Shown: positions 45,001-51,980 of the stretch, piece after piece | Layout of the letters: every line of letters begins with the position of its first letter | How positions within the stretch are numbered: the stretch's first letter is position 1 | DNA from: Victivallales bacterium | GTDB lineage: Bacteria > Verrucomicrobiota > Lentisphaeria > Victivallales > UBA1829 | Assembly: GCA_045639325.1 (NCBI GenBank) | Contig: JAZUCU010000019.1 | Span: forward strand, 1 to 64,000 | Direction: 5' to 3' | DNA length: 64,000 nt | Program-made: the position numbers and the translations under genes | Notes under the pieces: generated by a model | Seen by the model: only the letters and a program-made list of their open reading frames with translations | What the model was told of the DNA's origin: nothing | The model's database searches: none

Positions 45001-46044
45001 AAATTCGCACAGGATACCAGAGTCATGTTCATGCTCACAGCTATGAATGACCATTCTCTCGGCAGCTTCGGCCGTCGTGAACAGTGGACGATCGACCGTT
45101 TGAGCGCGGCACGTGCATTGTTCCGTCAGTGGGAAAAAGATGTGAAATTTGTCGGTTATTGGGAAAAAGCCGGTCTCTGCAAAGTTTCCGATCCCGCAGT
45201 GGAACTCTCTGCCTACACCAGAAAAGGTCAGGCTCTCTGGATGTTCGCCAATACAGGCAGCAAAGATACGACCTTCAAAGTCACTCCGGACTTTGCAAAA
45301 CTCGGCATCAAGGCATCCGAATGTGTACTGATCAATGCAGAAGAACAGAAAGTAATTCCGTTCAACGGCAAAGATTTCACACTCAAACTCAAGAAACATG
45401 ATATCGTCATGATCCTTGCCGGCAAAAAAGGAGCGTTCAAACTTTACAACCGTCTCGACTGGGATAAATTCCTGGGCAAAGAAAAAAATGTGAAGTACAC
45501 AACCTACATGCCGGAAAATGCTGCCAACGGATTCGGCACAATCGCAGGCCGCCACTATGTCTTCGGTCATAACGGCGGATATATGCAAGTCGGCACCAAG
45601 TTGCCTGCCACCGCTAAAGAAGTTTCCGCACTGCTTTCTTCCCGCACCTTTGCCGGTCTGACATGGGGCAAAGATGCGATGATCAGCGGTCAGCGCAATT
45701 TCAACGGCGGTATGGTTTACACTCTGGCAAATGGAAAAACCGCTTACGGCAAAACAAAATTCAACACCAAGGCGGAAGGCGGCTGGTTCCCCTATCAGTT
45801 CACAGCAATCAAATACGTGCTGACTCCTGAAGCGATTACCGTTTATGTTTCCGATGATGCAAAAACATGGAAACAGGACATCGTAATCAAGCGCGATGCA
45901 AAAACATCCGGCGCACCGGAAGAACTCCGTATCGGTTTCGGTCATAAGGGACAATATCCCTTCCTGCAGAATCTGCAGAAATATTATGCACCGAATCCCC
46001 GGTATCCCAGCGTGTATTTCTTCGGCAACGTAAGCTGCAAGTAA
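42046..46044 (+). CDS. secreted 1332-aa multidomain protein: CBM9/DOMON-like N-terminus, unknown core, beta-sandwich C-terminus
   Basis: Signal peptide MKKRSLIFSLFAVSFALFA. CBM9-like blocks: APVIDGQMMPGEW, FYTAWDDKYIYVAMDC, GDDCVELMF, RWVMECRVP, TKWRSNLCR. The 1286-aa antisense frame is a codon-usage shadow. Confidence 0.75.
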   Translation: MKKRSLIFSLFAVSFALFAKDPQFIIPKIKKAPVIDGQMMPGEWQNANAMTMFGCYNTRGLFNLEQPMFYTAWDDKYIYVAMDCRESTGNRIAAGTVRNDFASVVGDDCVELMFAAGTGKKILDPDFHTYYIALNHLGAVWDAMFKPQRNECHNTWQSGIEVKSTVSGTRWVMECRVPIKSVTLSDVTPGTKWRSNLCRTFYRYVWVALNPAGALNDARIGADMTFGDEKTPVVRMSSIDNFFNATSQIELEIYNPSDKPVTLTAALTGESRESEGAKEFKEINHTAKVTLKPGERKQGIMLGSKAKLNWYNDVVLSVKDEKGNALLEIPRKIAIPALRLKRMIAPDTPSVLVDTVYYHSHDRIDIRFNIKNWMERSGVDKGSFLADILITEKKNKVQPIKVQFDKFNAGTATWSMSTKELPEGDYDIVIDITSKGKNVQKESDWFEKRNFAWQNKPILPANVVPAPYEPLKAKGNVLTLWGREYRFAPNGFPVDLITQKKDYVIGDPVLYLTRNGKEFPLEVSKPFQFTEVTPRKVTGKATLKGGGLTFDIIATTEYDGFILYNLVCKSGWFSKDLDRLRLKMPLDGNYIKFLSASGDTTGVSIPGKVIPPGDGRIYDSMTDTRSVVMTPSFASMLWLGDHDISFCYAADSDKDWILRKDKPAVEIYRKGRNVDLYINFVDKAAKLEKTHTMEFAFQTGPTKPRPANWREFQDCTNNQVGAPGAPKYRVQIGGDGFTTHGGTHSLHPGTTPELQKQSKEKIEKLQQRGKPGQVHVVGYQYWGYTVKGFPEARVFRGEWGISAKAWQGGTFDSSKWGRKTYGLNRDNYYYIHAPKYSPSYIDFLTHAYDGTLAVTNLYGFYDDVGYPRPVYNPEFGYGHIKDGLEHYSSGIWLYRKRWKAAAEVNAKHNRLNLLGDTQHLHSHFMPAYNFIGVFAPCEQGYYNPFPEKDAFEFYGSMENYAAMNPAKQTGQIPIIGLSSANKDFAKFAQDTRVMFMLTAMNDHSLGSFGRREQWTIDRLSAARALFRQWEKDVKFVGYWEKAGLCKVSDPAVELSAYTRKGQALWMFANTGSKDTTFKVTPDFAKLGIKASECVLINAEEQKVIPFNGKDFTLKLKKHDIVMILAGKKGAFKLYNRLDWDKFLGKEKNVKYTTYMPENAANGFGTIAGRHYVFGHNGGYMQVGTKLPATAKEVSALLSSRTFAGLTWGKDAMISGQRNFNGGMVYTLANGKTAYGKTKFNTKAEGGWFPYQFTAIKYVLTPEAITVYVSDDAKTWKQDIVIKRDAKTSGAPEELRIGFGHKGQYPFLQNLQKYYAPNPRYPSVYFFGNVSCK

Positions 46045-46060
46045 TCAAAGGAACAACAGC

Positions 46061-48802
46061 ATGAAAATAACATTGTTTACAGGATTGCTGGCTGCCGCCT
46101 GTACCCTCTATGGTTCTTTCGAAGTCAAAGAGGGTACGCTCACGGTCAAGTCAAAAGATCTTATGATCGAGACCCGAGACGGCATGATTCAGACTTTGCG
46201 CACGGCGGACGGCGAAAATTTCTGCAAGGAAACGACAGAAGCATTTCCCGATGCCCCCTTCCGCCGGTCCCTCTTTCCCGAAGGACCGGAAGGCAAGCTG
46301 ATCAAAAAGAATGCCAAAGAAGCACGCTGGCTTTATGTTCTGGAAAACAAAACGGAACTGTTCTATGATTTCAAGATCGACGGCAATGACATTCTTGTCC
46401 GTGTCGGCGTAAAAAATCTTGATATGAAAAAGAACAACAATCATCTTGATATCCATGTTATTTTCATGAATCCGGAAGCGGTCATTACCGGGATCGGCAG
46501 CAAAACAAAACGGAATGATCCGGAACGGAACGAAAGTCTTTACTGGACCGGATCGGCGTTCCATTTCCCCCGCGTATTGATTGCCGAGGGAAAAAAGAAC
46601 GTCATTATGTTCCATAACGAATCCAGTTATCCTTATCACAATATTCTGTTGTTCCACACGCCCGGCTCCGACCACGTGGTTCTGCGGGGTATGATGGCGG
46701 ATTCTTTCAAACTGGCAGGGATGGAACAGCTCCATAAAAACGGCTATACAAGCCCCTACTGGCGTATTTCCCGGCACGTCAACTGGCTGGAAGCAGCACG
46801 CGCCTGGCAGAAAGGATTCGAAAAACGGACTGGCGCAAAACCGTTATGGAAAAATGCGTCAAAACTCATCCGCAACATTCATGCCATCTATACCGGCACA
46901 CCCAATATCAGCTGGAAAGAAAATCCCGATGACTTCTATAAACAGATGGCGAAAGAATACGATCCGGCATCCGTCATTCTTTTCCACTGGAATGCAAACA
47001 GCATTGTAACCTTGGGCGATCACCGTTACACCGGCAATCAGTATCCCTCACTCGAAGCCATTGAATACATGAAGAAGTACGGTTTCAACTGGATCGGTTT
47101 TCACGGATACTCACTGGTTTGCAATGAGGATGACATCCCCAACCGTCACAAGCCTTATATCAACGCAAAACGGATGCCGCCGAATTACAAGTTCACCCCC
47201 GATTATGAGGGGAAACCGGAAGACTTTTACAAGAAAATGGCCCCCTATCTTTCCCGTCGAAGCAAGCCGTTGGCAATGCTCAACCCGGCGGCAAAATACG
47301 TGGAAGATTATCTGGTCCGCAATATTTTGAATTACGCAAAATATCATAACATCCCCGGTTTCTATCTGGATATCACCGGGCACCTCTCCATGGCAGTCAA
47401 GCCGGATAAACGTATTTTCGAAGGCAAGACTTATATTGATGGCGATGTCAATGTATTCAAACGGCTGAGAAAACTCAATCCCGATTTGCTCGCTATGACC
47501 GAATACTGCGGTGAATGGATCATCCCGTACATCTTCTACGCATGGGAAGGCGATCTGATTCTCAGACATAAAGATGTCCGCGTCAATCATCCTCTCCGTG
47601 GCGCTCTCTACGGAACTTATTTCTGGACCCGCGAAAATACCGCTCTTGTGCCGGATCCGGTGAAAAATGCCTATTATGCCACGTTGCCGGAAATCACCCG
47701 CGATTACGGCTCTCAGCAATTAAGCTGGGCAATGGATTCCACCTGGATGAATGAGCGTGCAAAACTCTTCACTCAGGAAAAACTCTTCAATGCATTGCCG
47801 CCGGATAAATGGGATGATGAGGCAATCGCCTATTACCGTTCCGCAAAAAACGGATTCTTCCAATTCCGCAAAATGCCCTTCGGCTATGCCTACGTGGATG
47901 CAAAGAAAAACGTCATCCTCGGTATCTGCAAAAATCGTTCCAAAGGTCTGCCCAACCGCACCATTTCCGGATGGTGTGCGTATGATAAAAACGGCTGTGC
48001 CATCGGGATGAATCCGGCACATGAATATCAATTCCATTCCAAAAAGGAAAATTTCCCGTTCAACGTCACACAGCTCTCGGATGGCACGTATTTCCGTTTC
48101 ATCCGTAATCATAAAGATTTGGATTGGACGCTATTCCAACTGGGATCGGACAAGTTGAAAACGACTGATTTCAAAGTCGAATTCAAGCAGGCTCCGGCAA
48201 AAGTTTACCTCAATGGTCAGGAACAGAAAATCAATGGTAAGGAATGGACGGTTTCCGCTGCCGCTCTCCCGGCGACAGTGATGATCGTCACAAAAGAACC
48301 AACCTATAACAATGCCGATATTCTCTGCAAAAGTTGGGCATGGGGCCGGAACGGCTTCACTGGCGCAAACGGACTTCATGAACTCCATGGATATCGTGGT
48401 TATGCACAGAACTTCATGTGTTACGCAGGGCCGTTTGCGTTCGATAAACAGAAAAAAGATTGTCTCCACATTGGTTCGGGCAGATATCGTGCCTGGTGCG
48501 AAAAAGCCATCACCATTCCTGCTGGCAAAACCACATTGGATTTCTCAATTGCTCTTGACAGCGTAAAGAAAAACAAAAAAGTGAATTATAACAGCGTCCT
48601 GATTATTTATGCCAACGGGAAAGAAATCTTCAACAGCAAGATCCCCAACAGCAAAAAATGGCAGGAGTTCAAAGCGGACATCTCCGGATTCGCCGGACAA
48701 AAGGTCATCTTCCATTTTGAATTCGGGTATGAAACGCCTGAACAGGTGCACGCTTCCGTCACAAACCATTACATTCACATCGGCAACTTAAAGGTAAAAT
48801 AA
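46061..48802 (+). CDS. secreted 913-aa protein of unknown family (paralog of 35191-37911)
   Basis: Signal peptide MKITLFTGLLAAACTLYG. Blocks shared with the 906-aa paralog: RTGA[RK]PLWKN, NANSIVTL, GKPEDFYK.M.PYLSRRS.PLAMLNPA.KYV.DYLVRNI, MTEY.GEWIIPY, KNAYYATLPE, ERAKLF..EKLFN, AYYRS.KNG.FQFRK. Confidence 0.7.
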   Translation: MKITLFTGLLAAACTLYGSFEVKEGTLTVKSKDLMIETRDGMIQTLRTADGENFCKETTEAFPDAPFRRSLFPEGPEGKLIKKNAKEARWLYVLENKTELFYDFKIDGNDILVRVGVKNLDMKKNNNHLDIHVIFMNPEAVITGIGSKTKRNDPERNESLYWTGSAFHFPRVLIAEGKKNVIMFHNESSYPYHNILLFHTPGSDHVVLRGMMADSFKLAGMEQLHKNGYTSPYWRISRHVNWLEAARAWQKGFEKRTGAKPLWKNASKLIRNIHAIYTGTPNISWKENPDDFYKQMAKEYDPASVILFHWNANSIVTLGDHRYTGNQYPSLEAIEYMKKYGFNWIGFHGYSLVCNEDDIPNRHKPYINAKRMPPNYKFTPDYEGKPEDFYKKMAPYLSRRSKPLAMLNPAAKYVEDYLVRNILNYAKYHNIPGFYLDITGHLSMAVKPDKRIFEGKTYIDGDVNVFKRLRKLNPDLLAMTEYCGEWIIPYIFYAWEGDLILRHKDVRVNHPLRGALYGTYFWTRENTALVPDPVKNAYYATLPEITRDYGSQQLSWAMDSTWMNERAKLFTQEKLFNALPPDKWDDEAIAYYRSAKNGFFQFRKMPFGYAYVDAKKNVILGICKNRSKGLPNRTISGWCAYDKNGCAIGMNPAHEYQFHSKKENFPFNVTQLSDGTYFRFIRNHKDLDWTLFQLGSDKLKTTDFKVEFKQAPAKVYLNGQEQKINGKEWTVSAAALPATVMIVTKEPTYNNADILCKSWAWGRNGFTGANGLHELHGYRGYAQNFMCYAGPFAFDKQKKDCLHIGSGRYRAWCEKAITIPAGKTTLDFSIALDSVKKNKKVNYNSVLIIYANGKEIFNSKIPNSKKWQEFKADISGFAGQKVIFHFEFGYETPEQVHASVTNHYIHIGNLKVK

Positions 48803-49311
48803 TGAATTACAGAAAAGTTTTAACCGCAATTCTCGCTCTCGGCGCTGTCACATGCTCGCTGTATGGAGCAGCTGTCGACCGCAAGGATATCATCGAAAAA
48901 GATCAGTTCACGATTACGGGCGACTGTACATTCGGCAATAAACTGATTCGGTCAAGTGGCAAAAAAGTTCTGCTGGTCTCCAAAGAAAGTTTTCAGGTCA
49001 ATACCCGTCAGATCTGGCTCTTGCGCTGTTCCATCCGTTCCAAAAGCAAAACACCGGGCAAAGTCCGTCTCGGCTTCCGTCCACTGGATACAAAAGAAAA
49101 GCCGATTGCCAAAGATATCTGGTGCAGTGAATTTGTCAAGGCAGGCAAACGCTGGAAAGATGTAGGCGGCGGAATCTCCCTGGTCAGCAAGGAGGAAAAC
49201 GAAAACATCACCGTGCAATGGCATAAAGATGTGAAAAACACCCGGGTGGTGTTGGAAGCACAGGGCGATGTTGAAATCATCGAATTTGCCCTTGAAATCC
49301 TGGAAGAATAA
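48802..49311 (+). CDS. small secreted protein (169 aa), beta-rich, unknown function
   Basis: Signal peptide MNYRKVLTAILALGAVTCSLYGAA. Start overlaps the upstream stop (TAATG). Confidence 0.5.
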   Translation: MNYRKVLTAILALGAVTCSLYGAAVDRKDIIEKDQFTITGDCTFGNKLIRSSGKKVLLVSKESFQVNTRQIWLLRCSIRSKSKTPGKVRLGFRPLDTKEKPIAKDIWCSEFVKAGKRWKDVGGGISLVSKEENENITVQWHKDVKNTRVVLEAQGDVEIIEFALEILEE

Positions 49312-49401
49312 TATCTGCGACAAAAAAAATGAAAAAAAGCTTGAAATAAAGAAAATTCATGCTATTTTTCAGTATCAACAGTAACAGGAGATTATAAGCC
49401 A

Positions 49402-50559
49402 ATGTCAGAACGAATACAGGAAATTCATGAACACCGGCATGAAACTCTTACCCCGCCAACCATCGGCGCTATCCCCGCTGAAATGAAACGGGAAACACGC
49501 CCCTATCAGGGCATTCCCGGTATCGAAATATGCAAAGACGGCACACTTTATGCCACATGGTACGCCGGCGGCAAAGGCGAAGGACCCGATAACTATGTCA
49601 TCCTCACAGTCAGTCGCGATGACGGCGCAACATGGCAGGAAGTACAGTGCGTCTCTCACGAAGGCTTGGTAAGATGCTATGACCCGGCATTATGGATCGA
49701 TCCCCAGGGACGCCTCTGGTGGTTCTGGGCACAATCTTATTCTCCCGTCCTCTGGGAAGTATTCGACGGCAAATGCGGCGTCTGGTGCACCTGCTGCGAA
49801 GACCCGACCGCAGAAAATTTAGTCTGGTCTGCCCCCCGCAGAATTGCAGAAGGCATCATGATGAACAAGCCGGAAGTCGCCCTCAACGGCGATTGGCTTC
49901 TCCCCACAGCAATTTGGAATTGCGAACCCTCCTACGTCACAGAAGAAGAAAGACCTTACACTTTCTCCAACGTTACCATCAGCCGCGATAATGGCAAAAC
50001 ATTCGAATTCCTCGGCAAAGCGGACGTCCCCAACCGGTCATTCGATGAACATTGCGTGATCGCACGGAAAGACGGCTCCCTCTGGATGCTCGTCCGCTGC
50101 TATTACGGCATCGGCGAAAGTTTCTCCAACGATGGCGGCAAAACCTGGACACCCGGTCAGCCTTCCATTTTTGCAGGCCCCAACTCCCGTTTTGCCATCC
50201 GCCGCCTTCAGTCCGGCAAATTGATCATGGTCAACCACCGTGTTCCCCACACCCTCCCCGGAGAATTGGGCAAGCCGGAAATGCGCGTTAGAACAAATCT
50301 GACCGCATGGCTTTCTGACGATGACGGTAAAACCTGGTACGGCGGTCTGCTCATCTCCAATGGTCACGAAGTCTCTTATCCCGACCTGACACAGGGCCCG
50401 GATGGCAGGATCCGGATCATTTACGATCAGGAAAGATACACCCACGGCAGCATTTTTATGACATCCATCACGGAAGATGATATCGCAGAAGGCCGTCTCG
50501 TCACACTCGGCTCCTACACGGCCCGGTTGATCTCCAGCCTGCCCCCGAAAAAGAAATAA
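49402..50559 (+). CDS. BNR/Asp-box repeat glycoside hydrolase (sialidase-like beta-propeller), no signal peptide
   Basis: Four Asp boxes: SRDDGATW, SRDNGKTF, SNDGGKTW, SDDDGKTW. About 385 aa, the size of a single propeller. Confidence 0.8.
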   Translation: MSERIQEIHEHRHETLTPPTIGAIPAEMKRETRPYQGIPGIEICKDGTLYATWYAGGKGEGPDNYVILTVSRDDGATWQEVQCVSHEGLVRCYDPALWIDPQGRLWWFWAQSYSPVLWEVFDGKCGVWCTCCEDPTAENLVWSAPRRIAEGIMMNKPEVALNGDWLLPTAIWNCEPSYVTEEERPYTFSNVTISRDNGKTFEFLGKADVPNRSFDEHCVIARKDGSLWMLVRCYYGIGESFSNDGGKTWTPGQPSIFAGPNSRFAIRRLQSGKLIMVNHRVPHTLPGELGKPEMRVRTNLTAWLSDDDGKTWYGGLLISNGHEVSYPDLTQGPDGRIRIIYDQERYTHGSIFMTSITEDDIAEGRLVTLGSYTARLISSLPPKKK

Positions 50560-50587
50560 TCAAAAACAAATAGAAAGGATTTCCACA

Positions 50588-51148
50588 ATGAAAAAAACAC
50601 TCATGGCACTCACACTTTCCCTCGCTTCTGCAATCGCTCTTCAGGGCGCAGTTCTGACAGATGTCGATGGCAATTTTGACAAAATCGATAAAAAAGGTAT
50701 GCCCGCAAAATGGCGCATCAATATGGGCCCGAAGATGGCTGCCCAGGTCAAACTCACCATTCAGAAAGATGACAAAGGCGTTGGCACCCTTACCGTCGAT
50801 GCAACCGGCACACCGAAAAACGATGTTCCCCTGATGGGTACTGCCATCCGTTGCAAAGCGGGTGATAAAATTATCGTTACCGCCGATGTCAAAACATCCG
50901 GCAGCTTCGGTTTGAACTTCTACCGCTATGCAGAAAAAGCATTGATGAAAGGTATGAAAGCTAAGACATTCCGCATCATGAACAGAAAAACAACCGTCAA
51001 AGCGGAATTCATTATGACCGATGATGTCGATAAAAAACTGTTCCGCGTCACACCCGTTCTGAATGTGCAGAAAGGTAAAGTCACCACAATTTCCAACGTA
51101 AAATACGAACTGATCACGGCAGAAGAATTGAACGCTGCAAAGAAATAA
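50588..51148 (+). CDS. small secreted protein (186 aa), CBM4/9-style jelly-roll-like
   Basis: Signal peptide MKKTLMALTLSLASAIALQGA. N-terminal DGNFDKIDKKGMPAKW resembles the NG.FE...P.GW start of CBM_4_9 modules (inference). Confidence 0.55.
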   Translation: MKKTLMALTLSLASAIALQGAVLTDVDGNFDKIDKKGMPAKWRINMGPKMAAQVKLTIQKDDKGVGTLTVDATGTPKNDVPLMGTAIRCKAGDKIIVTADVKTSGSFGLNFYRYAEKALMKGMKAKTFRIMNRKTTVKAEFIMTDDVDKKLFRVTPVLNVQKGKVTTISNVKYELITAEELNAAKK

Positions 51149-51181
51149 TCCGGAACAAATGAGTTTTTAAGGAGTTGAAAG

Positions 51182-51967
51182 ATGTCTGTCCTCAGAATGA
51201 GTGAGATGTCTGTGAACGATGTCAGGAAATATCTGGAAACCAATCAGACCATTGTATTTCCCTACGGCATTGTAGAACAGCATGGGTATCATCTCCCCCT
51301 TTCCACCGATATTCATAACGCAGAAATGCTTTCCGATATCGTAGCAGAAGGCTTGGGATGTATGGTCGCCCCGACGTTGAATTATTGTTTTTCCGGCGGA
51401 ATGCTTCCCGGTACCATCAATGTCAAACCGAATCATTTTTCCGCGTTCGTCGTGGATATTATCGAATCTCTGACCGTTCAGGGATTCCGCAATATTATCA
51501 TCGTCCCCGGTCACGGCGGCAGTGAAAGTCTGGAAAACCTGCGGGAATCCCTGCGGATTGCAAAATGGATGAATCCCCAGCTGCGGGATACCACCATTCT
51601 GCTGATTTCGTTCGAAGATTATTCCCCGCTGGCTTATAAGGCTGTATTCGAAGAACACGATTTCCATTCCGGCAATCTGGAAACGTCCATGATGCTGGCA
51701 TATCGCCCCGATCTGGTACACATGGAAAATCTGACCATGGATCCGCCGGAAGTAGCAGAACGTTTGAGACAGGATCCCGATTCGTATCAGGATCGCACTT
51801 ACAAAACATCTTTGAAAGAAGAAATTCCCTCCACAAAACAGCATGCCGATGTTCAAGTCGGTGTCATGGGGCATCCGGAACGGGCAACTGCCGCATTCGG
51901 ACAGGCTGTGTTGGATGAATTTCGCAATAACATCATCCCGGTTCTGAAAAAAGAATTGGGCATATAA
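51182..51967 (+). CDS. creatininase-family metal-dependent amidohydrolase
   Basis: FPYGIVEQHGYHLPLSTD matches the creatininase-family motif (P.G..EQHG.HLPL.TD), and VPGHGGS is present. GGAG lies before the ATG. Confidence 0.8.
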   Translation: MSVLRMSEMSVNDVRKYLETNQTIVFPYGIVEQHGYHLPLSTDIHNAEMLSDIVAEGLGCMVAPTLNYCFSGGMLPGTINVKPNHFSAFVVDIIESLTVQGFRNIIIVPGHGGSESLENLRESLRIAKWMNPQLRDTTILLISFEDYSPLAYKAVFEEHDFHSGNLETSMMLAYRPDLVHMENLTMDPPEVAERLRQDPDSYQDRTYKTSLKEEIPSTKQHADVQVGVMGHPERATAAFGQAVLDEFRNNIIPVLKKELGI

Positions 51968-51980
51968 GAGGTAAAAGAAT

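Noticed and set aside
42094-45954. 1286-aa ORF on the minus strand, nearly as long as the 1332-aa plus-strand gene it overlaps
   Set aside because: It is exactly codon-aligned with the sense gene, so it stays open simply because the sense gene lacks TTA/CTA/TCA codons. Its translation is Phe/Cys/His/Arg/Ile-rich, with runs such as FFCIDQ and FFFAQEF and no signal or domain-like pattern. The plus-strand product has a signal peptide, CBM9-like blocks and normal composition.
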